DNA from: Candidatus Latescibacterota bacterium
GTDB taxonomy: Bacteria; Latescibacterota; UBA2968; UBA8231
Direction of reading: 5' to 3'
DNA: 64,000 nt
Assembly: GCA_964291625.2 (NCBI GenBank)
Contig: OZ220089.1
Span: forward strand, 3,712,001-3,776,000
Numbering within the stretch: the first letter of the stretch is position 1; every line of letters begins with the position of its first letter. The position numbers and the translations under genes are program-made. This document shows positions 38,130 through 47,094 of the stretch, in pieces. The notes beneath the pieces are model-generated. The model was given only the letters and a program-made list of their open reading frames with translations, did not search any database and was not told the origin of the DNA.

Positions 38130-39176
38130 ATGGAATCGAAGCAGACGGGAAAGAGGCAGGTTACCATCAAGGATATCGCACGGGAGTCGGGGATCTCGTA
38201 CTCCACCGTCTCGCGGGCTCTTTCCCAGGATCCGAAGGTGTCGGCACTGGTGGCGGCCAAGACCAGGAAACTGGTGAGGAGGGTAGCCGCCGACCTGGAC
38301 TACAATCCCAATCTGATCGCCCAGGGGATCGTCAAGGGCCGGACGAGCACCATGGGGCTGCTCACCTACGAGATCTCGCGGGAGCCCTTCGGGCCCCAGG
38401 CCGATCACATTCTGAGAGCGGCTGAAAGACAGCGGTACCAGGTGCTGATCGCCATGTGTGTTCCCGGGAGGCACGGCAACGCCGACGTTCGCCAGATCAA
38501 GCAGCTCCTCTCCCGGCGGGTGGAGGGTCTGTTCATTCATACGAGGGGAGCAGAAGGAGAGGGGGCGCGGATTCTGAGCGCCGTGGGCGGACGGGTTCCG
38601 GTGGTGACGTTCCATCACCCCATGGCGGATCTGAGTGGCGTCGTGCTGGACGAGAGGGCGGGATTCTACGAGGCCACGGAGCACTTGATCCGGCTGGGCC
38701 ACCAGCAGGTCGGGTTCATCGGAGCGAGGTGGGACCGGGACAATACGGGCTCCGCCAAGGCCAAGGGGTACTGGCAGGCGATGCGCAAGCATCGCCTCAC
38801 TCCCCACCGCATATCCGGACAGACCTTTCCGGCCATGCCCACCTCCCGTCTGGGGAAGTCTCTCGGCGACCGGTTCACCGCCCTCGTGTGCCGCAACGAC
38901 TACACGGCCCTCTGTGCCTGTCGAGCGCTCCGGGAAGCGGGGTTCCGCATTCCCGAGGATGTAGCCGTCATCGGGAGCGGGGATATCGGGGCGGCGGCCT
39001 ATCTCAAGCCGGCGCTGACGACGATCGAGATCCCCCACGAGGAACTGGCCGAGGCGGCGATGGAACTGATGCTGGAACAGCTTCGGGGCCGGGAGGATCG
39101 CCGTCAGACCGTCCTCAAGTCCCGCCTGATCGTGCGCGAATCCTGCGGGGGGAGCGACCACAAGCCCCCGTCCTGA
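38130..39176 (+). CDS. LacI-family transcriptional regulator
   Basis: HTH TIKDIARESGISYSTVSRALS, YNPN, RIPEDVAVIG, PALTTI. Confidence 0.93.
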   Translation: MESKQTGKRQVTIKDIARESGISYSTVSRALSQDPKVSALVAAKTRKLVRRVAADLDYNPNLIAQGIVKGRTSTMGLLTYEISREPFGPQADHILRAAERQRYQVLIAMCVPGRHGNADVRQIKQLLSRRVEGLFIHTRGAEGEGARILSAVGGRVPVVTFHHPMADLSGVVLDERAGFYEATEHLIRLGHQQVGFIGARWDRDNTGSAKAKGYWQAMRKHRLTPHRISGQTFPAMPTSRLGKSLGDRFTALVCRNDYTALCACRALREAGFRIPEDVAVIGSGDIGAAAYLKPALTTIEIPHEELAEAAMELMLEQLRGREDRRQTVLKSRLIVRESCGGSDHKPPS

Positions 39177-39247
39177 GGCGCCGCACCATCGGTTGCCGGG
39201 TTGTTCCCGCGGTCCGGCGCCCCTATCTCTTCGGGAAACCCGAAGGG

Positions 39248-40333
39248 ATGATGCAGATGACCACCCCCTCCGCCGATGTCCTCGGCCGGGCCGCCGGCCT
39301 CCTCTCCGACAGCGTCGCCGCCGGCCGCGTCACCGCCGCCAGCCTCACCGTCGCCCGCCACGGACGCCTCGTGCTCTCCCGCGGCTTCGGGACCCTGCGT
39401 CCGGAGCCGGGAGCCCCGCCGGTGGAGCCCGACTCCACCTTCCTCCTGGCCTCGATCACCAAGCCGGTCACGGCCTGCGCCGTGATGCTCCTCGTCGACC
39501 GGGGACTCGTCTCCCTCGACGATCCGGTGCAGCTCCACCTCCCCGAGTTCCGCGGCTGGGACAAGGCCCGCATCCGCGTGCGCGACGTCCTCTCCCACAT
39601 CTCCGGCCTGCCCGACATGCTGCCGCAGAACGTGCTCCTGCGCCGCCGCCACGCCACCATCGCCGAGTTCGTCCAGGGCGCCGTCCACGCGAAGCTGCTC
39701 TTCCGGCCGCGCACCGGCTTCCGCTACCAGAGCAAGGGCATCCTGCTGGCCGCCGAGATCGTCGAGCGGGTCACCGGCGAGCACCTGCGCGACTTCGAGC
39801 GGCGGGAGATCTTCGAGCCCCTGGGCATGGGGCGAAGCTGCCTCGGTCTGGGGGATTACGCCATCGAGGATACGGTCTGGTCCGGCACCTCCATGGAGCT
39901 CGACGCCGACGGCCGCCGCTTCGGACCCAACTCGCCGTACTGGCGCGACTTCGGCTGCCCCTGGGGCGGTATGCACTCCACCGGGCCCGACCTGGCCGTG
40001 CTGCTGCAGTGCATGCTCAACGGCGGGGAGTACGGCGGCGCCCGCCTCTTCAGCCGCGCCGCCGCCGCGGCCATGGTCCGCGACCAGAACCCGCCGCACC
40101 TCGAGTCCCCCTGGGGCCTGGGCTGGGCCCTGCGCGACTCGAAGTCGTGGGCCTACTTCGGCGAGCAGGTCTCGGCGGGCACCTTCGGCCACGTGGGCGC
40201 CACCGGCACCGTCGCCTGGGCCGACCCCGACTCGGGGCTGATCTGCGTCTGCCTGACCAACCAGATGGTCGACGGCGGCGCCCTGCTGCGGCGGGTCTCC
40301 AACGTCGTCGCCGCCTCCGTCGAGGCAGACTGA
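39248..40333 (+). CDS. Serine hydrolase (beta-lactamase/class C esterase family)
   Basis: LASITKP (SxxK), LSHISGL, FRYQS, FGHVGATGT. Confidence 0.9.
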   Translation: MMQMTTPSADVLGRAAGLLSDSVAAGRVTAASLTVARHGRLVLSRGFGTLRPEPGAPPVEPDSTFLLASITKPVTACAVMLLVDRGLVSLDDPVQLHLPEFRGWDKARIRVRDVLSHISGLPDMLPQNVLLRRRHATIAEFVQGAVHAKLLFRPRTGFRYQSKGILLAAEIVERVTGEHLRDFERREIFEPLGMGRSCLGLGDYAIEDTVWSGTSMELDADGRRFGPNSPYWRDFGCPWGGMHSTGPDLAVLLQCMLNGGEYGGARLFSRAAAAAMVRDQNPPHLESPWGLGWALRDSKSWAYFGEQVSAGTFGHVGATGTVAWADPDSGLICVCLTNQMVDGGALLRRVSNVVAASVEAD

Positions 40334-40337
40334 TCCC

Positions 40338-41297
40338 GTGCTGGACCGGAGGATCCTGGGCCGCACCGGGATCGAGGTCACCAGCCTCGGCGTGGGCGGC
40401 TTCCTCGGCCTGCTCCTCGACCCGGAGGCGACACCGGCGCAGTGCGAGGAGGCCGGCGTCGAGGCGGTCCGCCGCGCCGTCGAGCTGGGGGTGCGCTACT
40501 TCGACACCTCGCCGGCCTACGGCAACGGCCTCTCCGAGGGCCATCTCGGCGCCGGGCTGGCGGCCCTCGACCCGAGGGTGCGCGCCGGCCTCACCGTGTC
40601 GACCAAGGTCGGCACCCATCCCGAGCGCCGCTACGCGTACGGGGCCGACGACGTGCGCTGGTGCTTCGAGGCCAGCCGCGAGCGGCTCGGCGCCATCGAT
40701 GTGGTCCTGGTCCACGACCCCGCCGCCGACGAGCACCTCGACACCATCCTCGGCCCGGGCGGGGCCTTCGATGCCCTGGAGGAGCTGAAGGCCGCCGGCG
40801 AGATCCGCGCCATCGGTCTGGGCGTGCGCCCCCACCGCTTCCTGCGGCGGGCCATGGAGTCCGGCCGCGCCGACGTCATCCTGCCCTCGTACGACTACCA
40901 CCTGATCCGGAGGTCCGCGGCGCCGCTGCTGGCCGAGGCCGCCGAGGCCGGCGTGGGGGTGATCAACGGTTCCCCCTACCAGTCGGGCCTGCTCGCCAGC
41001 GTCGATCTGGACCGGGAGGCGAGCCGTTGGCGGCCGCAGCACCCCGACGTGGCGCGGGCCCGGGGGATCGCCGCCTGGTGCGCGGAGAAGGGCCTCGACG
41101 TGGGCGCCGTGGCGGTGCAGTTCAGCCTGCGCGAGCCCCGCATCGACGCCACCCTGGTGGGACCGCGGACGGCGGCGGAGGTGGAGTCCTGCCTGGGCCA
41201 CGCCGCCGCCGAGCTGCCCGAGGGGATCTGGGAGGAGCTGGAGGGGTTCCTCGCCCAGCTGCAGCCGCCCCCGGAGCCCGGGGGGGAGGCCCGCTGA
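40338..41297 (+). CDS. Aldo/keto reductase
   Basis: RRILGRTG, YFDTSPAYG, STKVG, LVHDP. Confidence 0.92.
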   Translation: MLDRRILGRTGIEVTSLGVGGFLGLLLDPEATPAQCEEAGVEAVRRAVELGVRYFDTSPAYGNGLSEGHLGAGLAALDPRVRAGLTVSTKVGTHPERRYAYGADDVRWCFEASRERLGAIDVVLVHDPAADEHLDTILGPGGAFDALEELKAAGEIRAIGLGVRPHRFLRRAMESGRADVILPSYDYHLIRRSAAPLLAEAAEAGVGVINGSPYQSGLLASVDLDREASRWRPQHPDVARARGIAAWCAEKGLDVGAVAVQFSLREPRIDATLVGPRTAAEVESCLGHAAAELPEGIWEELEGFLAQLQPPPEPGGEAR

Positions 41298-41301
41298 GGG
41301 C

Positions 41302-42213
41302 TCAGGCCAGGCCGAGCTCGGCCCGCACCTCGCAGACGGTCCGGTGCAGGGCGTCGTGGATCAGCTCGTCGTACCCGTCCCAGGGGTGCTCGCCGACGCG
41401 GGTGCGCGGGCCCACGGGCAGGCCCCGCCGGGCGAGGTAGCGCTTGGCCGACTGCGGGTACTTCAGCTTCGCCACCGAGTCCAGCAGGGTGAGCCGGCGC
41501 TGCACCCAGGCCGCCTTCTCGTGGCCGGGGTTGTCGCACAGCCAGGCGAACAGGTCCGGGTAGACGTTGGCGGCCACCGGCGACAGGCCGGCGGCGCCGA
41601 GCCGCAGCGACGGCAGGGCCGAGGCGGCGGCGGCATTGAACATGGCGAACCCGGGGTCGGCGGAGGCCGCCTCGGCCTTGGGACCGAAGAGGGCGGGGTC
41701 CCGCGAGGTGTCCTTCATGTAGCGGAAGCGGCCGGTGGCCGCCGCCCGGGCGACGAATCCCGGCGAGGTCACCCGGTGGTGGGGCTCGGGGCACTCGTAG
41801 AGGCCGAGGGGGACCGGATCGGTGGCCTCCACGAGCTGCTCCAGCGCGGCCAGCAGCACCGGCTCGCCGGCCTCCCGCGGGCAGAGCTGGTTGGTCAGCA
41901 CGACCACGGCGTCGACGCCGGTCTGGGCCATGCGCCGCACGAACCCGGCCTGCCGGTCCACGGGTCCGCCGAAGGTGCCGGTAGCGACCACGGGCACCCG
42001 GCCGGAGGCGTGCGCCACGACCCGCGACGCCAGGGCCAGCCGTTCGTCGTCGGAGAGGCGGTACATCTCGCTCGACTGGCAGACGGCGAAGAGGCCCTTC
42101 GAGCCGCCGTCGATGTAGAAGTCGACGAGGGCGTCGACGCCCGCGTCGTCGATGGAGCCGTCGTCGCGGAAGGCGGTGAGCATCACCGGCCAGAGTCCCT
42201 CGAATCGTGCCAT
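41302..42213 (-). CDS. Dihydrodipicolinate synthase-family aldolase
   Basis: PVMLTAF..DGSID, GLFAVCQSSEM, LYECP, YMKDTS; GGAGG RBS. Confidence 0.9.
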   Translation of the reverse strand: MARFEGLWPVMLTAFRDDGSIDDAGVDALVDFYIDGGSKGLFAVCQSSEMYRLSDDERLALASRVVAHASGRVPVVATGTFGGPVDRQAGFVRRMAQTGVDAVVVLTNQLCPREAGEPVLLAALEQLVEATDPVPLGLYECPEPHHRVTSPGFVARAAATGRFRYMKDTSRDPALFGPKAEAASADPGFAMFNAAAASALPSLRLGAAGLSPVAANVYPDLFAWLCDNPGHEKAAWVQRRLTLLDSVAKLKYPQSAKRYLARRGLPVGPRTRVGEHPWDGYDELIHDALHRTVCEVRAELGLA

Positions 42214-42237
42214 CAGGTGACCTCCAAGGCGGGGGGT

Positions 42238-44451
42238 TTACCAGGGCGGGCGGCGGAGGGCGACATGGAGCCGCCTGCTGCCGCTGGCGACGCCGCCGCT
42301 GGCGAATACGGCGCCCAGCACCGTGTCGATCAGCAAACCTGCCGACAGACTGGGGCCGGGGTCGGCCTGGCCCTGGACCCGCCCGGACTCGATCCAGGCG
42401 CCCCCGTAGATCGCGCCGCCGAGCAGGTCGGGCAACCGCCCGAGTTGGCGAAGGTAGCCGGTGCCGGCATGACCGGTGCGCACGCCCCGGAACCGGTCGC
42501 GGTCGTACGCACCGAGCCGGAACGGGCCCCCCAGGGTGGACTGGTAGATGGGGGAGAGCTGGTCGTCGAGGGCCGTGCTGCCGGCCACCATGAGAAAGAC
42601 CCGGCCACGCTGCCCGACCGGGAGGAAGGTGGCGCTCGTCAGCCGGGCCTGCACGAACCCGGACGGCTGTCCGGGCGCGGTCTGCAGCCACCGCGCTTCG
42701 GTCTCGATTCGGGTCCCGCTGCCGGGCACGAGCCAGTGGTCGTGCCCGTCGTACACCCATCTCGCTCGTCCGCCGTGCTCCCATCCGTCCAGGTCCCGCA
42801 AGGCGGAGGCGCTGCTCTCGACCCGTGCGTCAAGGAAGGCCCCTTCGTACCCGATCCGGAGCTCGCTCCTGGGACCGAGGGCCACACCGAGGTCGAACCC
42901 GGCCAGGCCGCGCCCGGTCCGATACGCCGCCTCAGGGTCTTCGTCGACGGCCACGCGTTGCCGATTCCTGTACACGCCGATGCGGGGCGCCAGGAACACG
43001 GGCGATCCGCGGATGGGCAGGTAGTAGTCGAGCAGCGCATCCGCCTCCCATCCAAGCTCGAGGGCCAGGTCGAGTCTCAACTCGGCGTCCCGGGGGCCTG
43101 CATCCATGATGGTGAGGCGGGTCCCCCCCGACAGATCCAGCTCGCCGCCGAGATACTCGATCCCCGTCACGAGATCCAGGAACGGAGGACCGTGAGCCTT
43201 GTGGCGAGCGCGAACCCCGATCCCGGTGCGATCGCCGTCCCGCGCCAGGTCGTATCCGAAGCTCGCATAGCGTCCACGGCCCGCGAGCAGAGTCAGCCGC
43301 AGTTCAAGATCGTCGGGGTCCAGCTCGGTCCCGAGCACCGGCTCGACGGCCCGGGCGATCTCTTCGGCTTCCTGGCCCGTCACACCTTCCACGCGGACGA
43401 ACCGCGGTACGTCCGGCGAGGCAGCTTCTCGGCGACGCCGCTCCTCGACATGCCGTTCCCACGCCGCCGGTGACAACGACAGATGGGCCAGCTCCTCGCC
43501 CGCCGCGGCGGCCGCGCGGTATCCAAGGGCCCGGATGGTGTCGAAGCGCCTCCAGTCGATGACCGATACGCCTTCCAGCGCCGGCGCGATGACGTGGTCG
43601 GCGTGGTCGCCGAGCACCTGGCGAGTACGCTCGTTCATCATCAACGTGAGCGCCTGGCCCGCCAGGCCCACCCAGGACTGCAACTGTTCACGGTCTTGCA
43701 GCGGTATGCTGACGTCGACCGCGATGACGACATCCACGCCCATCCGGCCGACGATGTCGGCGGGCACGTTGTTGAGAAGACCGCCGTCGGCGAGCAGGAG
43801 GCCGTCCCGCACGACCGGCTGGAAGACACCGGGAATCGCCATCGTGGCGCGAAGGGCGCTGGCCAGCGAGCCCCTCGCGATCTCGACGACCGTTCCCGCT
43901 TCCAGGTCGGTGGCCACCGCGCGAAAGGGGATCGGCAGATCGTCGAAGTCGAGGGGCGCGGCGTGGGGGAGCGCCAACCGGCTCAGCAGCAGCTCGACAT
44001 AGTGGCCGGGGTCGAGGCTCGGCACCAGGCGCAGGCCGCCGCGCAGACCGAGCTCGTGCCGCACCGGGTAGCCGCGAAGGTCCTCCTTGCGCCTGTAGGA
44101 CGTGCGCCCGTACTCCACCTCGCCGCCGAACACGCGGTCCCAGTCGACGCCGGCCACCATGGCCCCTACCTCGGCGGCCGTTCGCCCCGCCGCATAGCTG
44201 CCGCCCACGAGCCCGCCCATGCTGGTGCCCGCGATCGCATCGACGGGGATCCGATGTTCCTCGAGCCACTCGAGCACGCCTACGTGCGCGAACCCGCGCG
44301 CGGCGCCTCCGCCGAGGGCCAGCCCCACGCGGGGCCGACTCACCGGCTGCTGGCCTTGTGCCGCGGACCCGGCCGCCGCTGTCGCGGCCGCGTGCAACAG
44401 GAGGCAGAGGACGAGAGGGCCGCGCGGTCGAAGTCGCCGCAGGCGATGCAC
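42238..44451 (-). CDS. Patatin-like phospholipase with POTRA and beta-barrel (PlpD/type Vd-like)
   Basis: LGGGAARG, GTSMG, DGGLLNNVP; long C-terminal beta-rich region ending in W. Start set at GTG 44451 because 44484 lies inside a decayed DHDPS stub. Confidence 0.85.
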   Translation of the reverse strand: MHRLRRLRPRGPLVLCLLLHAAATAAAGSAAQGQQPVSRPRVGLALGGGAARGFAHVGVLEWLEEHRIPVDAIAGTSMGGLVGGSYAAGRTAAEVGAMVAGVDWDRVFGGEVEYGRTSYRRKEDLRGYPVRHELGLRGGLRLVPSLDPGHYVELLLSRLALPHAAPLDFDDLPIPFRAVATDLEAGTVVEIARGSLASALRATMAIPGVFQPVVRDGLLLADGGLLNNVPADIVGRMGVDVVIAVDVSIPLQDREQLQSWVGLAGQALTLMMNERTRQVLGDHADHVIAPALEGVSVIDWRRFDTIRALGYRAAAAAGEELAHLSLSPAAWERHVEERRRREAASPDVPRFVRVEGVTGQEAEEIARAVEPVLGTELDPDDLELRLTLLAGRGRYASFGYDLARDGDRTGIGVRARHKAHGPPFLDLVTGIEYLGGELDLSGGTRLTIMDAGPRDAELRLDLALELGWEADALLDYYLPIRGSPVFLAPRIGVYRNRQRVAVDEDPEAAYRTGRGLAGFDLGVALGPRSELRIGYEGAFLDARVESSASALRDLDGWEHGGRARWVYDGHDHWLVPGSGTRIETEARWLQTAPGQPSGFVQARLTSATFLPVGQRGRVFLMVAGSTALDDQLSPIYQSTLGGPFRLGAYDRDRFRGVRTGHAGTGYLRQLGRLPDLLGGAIYGGAWIESGRVQGQADPGPSLSAGLLIDTVLGAVFASGGVASGSRRLHVALRRPPW

Positions 44452-44471
44452 GGCGTGAGAACCCGCTCCGT

Positions 44472-44513
44472 CGGTGAGGATCACCGGCCAGAGCCCCTCG
44501 AAGCGGCCGTCAG
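44472..44513 (-). pseudogene. Decayed stub of the DHDPS (41302-42213) 5' end, coupled to the AKR stop
   Basis: ctgacggc-cgcttcgaggggctctggccggtgatcctcaccg vs ctgatggcacgattcgagggactctggccggtgatgctcaccg (42174-42216): 38/43 identical by eye; ATG changed to ACG plus a 1-nt deletion. Confidence 0.85.
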
Positions 44514-45379
44514 ACGACCGCCACCCCCGCGCCGACGCCCTCCTCGAGCTCGGACACGCTGGCGAAGGCGACGAGGACGCAGGTCACGGCGGGGTGCTGC
44601 TGGACCCAGCGGATGGCGCGGTTCGTGGGCGGCGCCACCTCGCCCGGCTCGCAGAGCTCGTGCCAGGGTCCGTTGACGATGGGGTGGATCAGGTCGAGGT
44701 CGGCCCGCGTCGGCTCCCCCCGCGGCGCCAGGCGGATCACCTCCTCGCGGTCGGCGGCGGACCAGTCGGTGCGCGTCTGGGCCTCCCAAGGCAGCCACTG
44801 GCCGCCCAGGGCCTTCATGATCAGCACGCCCTTGCCCGCCTCGCGGGAGAGCGCCAGGCCGGGCTCCTGGGTGCGGCGGACGTAGTTGTAGATCACCAGA
44901 TCGCCGTCGGCCTCCGGCTCGGGCCCGCGCTCGGCGTAGGCCTCCTGGTCGGACTCGTAGTGGCGGATCAGGCACAAGCTCCGCACCTTGCCGGCCTCCT
45001 TGAGGGCGGCGGTCGCCTCGCGCACGGCGGGACGGGTGAGCCAGGAGCGGGCATGGACGCGCAGGATGTCGATCGCCTCGCGGCGGACGTTGGCCAGGTG
45101 GCCCTCCACCACCCCGGCCAGGGCCGCCGGGTCGGGGTCGCCCACCTTGAGGGAGAAGTGGTGGTCGCCGCCGGGGCCCTTCAGCTCGTCGGGGATGTGG
45201 ACCTCGTCGCCGTAGCCCATGTCGAAGAGGTTGACCCCCAGCTCGGCGGCGCGCAGGTAGATGGCGCGCTTCTCCTCCGGCGGCGGGTGGCCCTCGGCGC
45301 CCTCGAAGCGGGCCAGCAGCCCGCCGAGGCCCATGATGCTCAACTCCAGATCGGTGCTTCCGAATCGCCTGCGTTCCAT
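44510..45379 (-). CDS. Aldo/keto reductase-like protein (divergent)
   Basis: MERRRFGSTDLELSIMGLGG, GVNLFDMGYG, IDILRVH, AGKVRSL, IMKALGG. Confidence 0.8.
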   Translation of the reverse strand: MERRRFGSTDLELSIMGLGGLLARFEGAEGHPPPEEKRAIYLRAAELGVNLFDMGYGDEVHIPDELKGPGGDHHFSLKVGDPDPAALAGVVEGHLANVRREAIDILRVHARSWLTRPAVREATAALKEAGKVRSLCLIRHYESDQEAYAERGPEPEADGDLVIYNYVRRTQEPGLALSREAGKGVLIMKALGGQWLPWEAQTRTDWSAADREEVIRLAPRGEPTRADLDLIHPIVNGPWHELCEPGEVAPPTNRAIRWVQQHPAVTCVLVAFASVSELEEGVGAGVAVV

Positions 45380-45413
45380 AGCCTCCCTACCTTTCGCCGC
45401 AAACATACTCGCC

Positions 45414-46817
45414 ATGACCGACCGCCCCAACATCCTCCTGTTCTTCACCGACGACCAGCGCTCCGACACGATCGGCGCCCTGGGCAGTCCCGTCCTCACC
45501 CCGAATCTCGACCGTCTCTGCGCCTCGGGCACCGCCTTCACCGACGCCTGCATCATGGGCGGCTCCCGCCAGGCCGTGTGCATGCCCAGCCGCGCCATGC
45601 TGCACACGGGGCGTTCCCTCTACCGCATCCAGGGCGAGGGAGAGACGATCCCCTCCAATCACGCCATGCTCGGCGAGACCCTGCGGCGGGCCGGGTACGA
45701 CACCTTCGGCACCGGGAAGTGGCACAACTCGACGGAGCCCTTCGTCCGCTCCTTCTCCCACGGGGCCGAGATCTACTTCGGCGGCATGGGCGATCACTGG
45801 AACGTGCCGGTCTGCCAGTTCGATCCCACGGGCCGCTACGAGGGCCGCATCCCCCAGACCACCGACTTCCGGGCCCAGTCCGTCTCGCAGCGCCGGGGGG
45901 ACCACGTGCGCCCCGGCGTCCACTCCACCGAGCTCTTTTCCGACGCCGTCATCCACTTCCTGCGGGACCGGCGCCCGGGGGATGCCCCGTTCTTCGCCTA
46001 CCTCTCCTTCCTGGCGCCCCACGACCCGCGCACCATGCCCCCCGAGTTCCTCGAGATGTATCCGCCCGACGAGATCGAGTTGCCGCCCAGCTTTCTGCCG
46101 GAGCACCCCTTCGACAACGGCGAGCTCCTCGTCCGGGACGAGCTGCTGGCCGGGTTCCCGCGCGGCGAGGACGAGGTCCGCGAGCACCTGGCCGCCTACT
46201 ACGCCATGATCAGCCACATCGACGCCCACGTGGGCCGCGTCCTCCACCAGCTCGAGCGCGCCGGCCTCGCCGAGGATACCGTGGTCGTCTTTGCCGGCGA
46301 CAACGGCCTCGCCGTCGGTCAGCACGGGCTCATGGGCAAGCAGAGCCTCTACGAGCACTCGGTGGGGGTGCCCCTGATCTTCGCCGGCCCCGGCGTTCCC
46401 GCGGGGGAGCGCCGCCAGGCCCTGGCCTGTCTCACCGACATCTTCCCGACCCTGTGCGAGCTGACCGGCGTCGAGACCCCGGACTCGGTGGAGGCCCCCA
46501 GCCTGGCGCCCTGCCTGGCCGACGGGAACGCCGCCGTGCGCGACCACGCCCTCTTCGCCTATCGCCACTTCATGCGGGGGGTCCGCGACACGGCGGGGAA
46601 CAAGCTCATCGAGACGGCCGCCGCCGGGCAGCGGCACACCCAGCTCTTCGACCTGGCGGACGATCCCTTCGAGACCCGGGACCTGTCCGGCGATCCGGGG
46701 CGGGCCGAGGTGCTGTCCGGTCTCCGGCGGGAGCTGACCGCCTGGCGCCGCGACCTCGGCGACGACCAGGAGGGCCAGGGCGCCGAGTTCTGGGAACAGA
46801 TGGAGTGGGACCGCTGA
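45414..46817 (+). CDS. Cys-type sulfatase (choline-sulfatase-like)
   Basis: RPNILLFFTDDQ, CMPSRA (CxPxR), GKWH, APHDP, GDNG, GKQSLYE. Confidence 0.94.
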   Translation: MTDRPNILLFFTDDQRSDTIGALGSPVLTPNLDRLCASGTAFTDACIMGGSRQAVCMPSRAMLHTGRSLYRIQGEGETIPSNHAMLGETLRRAGYDTFGTGKWHNSTEPFVRSFSHGAEIYFGGMGDHWNVPVCQFDPTGRYEGRIPQTTDFRAQSVSQRRGDHVRPGVHSTELFSDAVIHFLRDRRPGDAPFFAYLSFLAPHDPRTMPPEFLEMYPPDEIELPPSFLPEHPFDNGELLVRDELLAGFPRGEDEVREHLAAYYAMISHIDAHVGRVLHQLERAGLAEDTVVVFAGDNGLAVGQHGLMGKQSLYEHSVGVPLIFAGPGVPAGERRQALACLTDIFPTLCELTGVETPDSVEAPSLAPCLADGNAAVRDHALFAYRHFMRGVRDTAGNKLIETAAAGQRHTQLFDLADDPFETRDLSGDPGRAEVLSGLRRELTAWRRDLGDDQEGQGAEFWEQMEWDR

Positions 46818-46835
46818 AGCGGGGGAGCACCGGGC

Positions 46836-46966
46836 GCCGCTGAGCCGCGCATCCCCCGCGAGCCGGCGGAATACAGGAGCGAGATCCCGGTACCAGCGTG
46901 GCCGACCAGCTGCGGAGACCCGTCGTCCCGCTGAACGTCTGCTTCACCGCCGTCAGCGAGGTCGAC
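46836..46966 (+). pseudogene. Decayed duplicate of the upstream region, RBS and first ~27 codons of the gene at 47095
   Basis: CAGGAGCGAGATC at both 46874 and 47082; VADQLRRPVVPLNVCFTAVSEVD vs VAARLRGPVVPLNVCFTAAGEVD; ATG changed to CCG plus a 1-nt deletion. Confidence 0.9.
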
Positions 46967-47094
46967 GCCATCGCGGGTCCTGAGCGCCGGCCGGGATCCC
47001 GGATCGCAGGAGTGCCGCTGAGTCACGCATCTCCGGGCTCGCGCCACCGGGGCGCGGACCCGGCCGAACGGAACCGAATTCCAGGAGCGAGATC

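Noticed and set aside
39248-40333. Beta-lactam resistance gene
   Set aside because: No signal peptide; a generic SxxK serine hydrolase/esterase.
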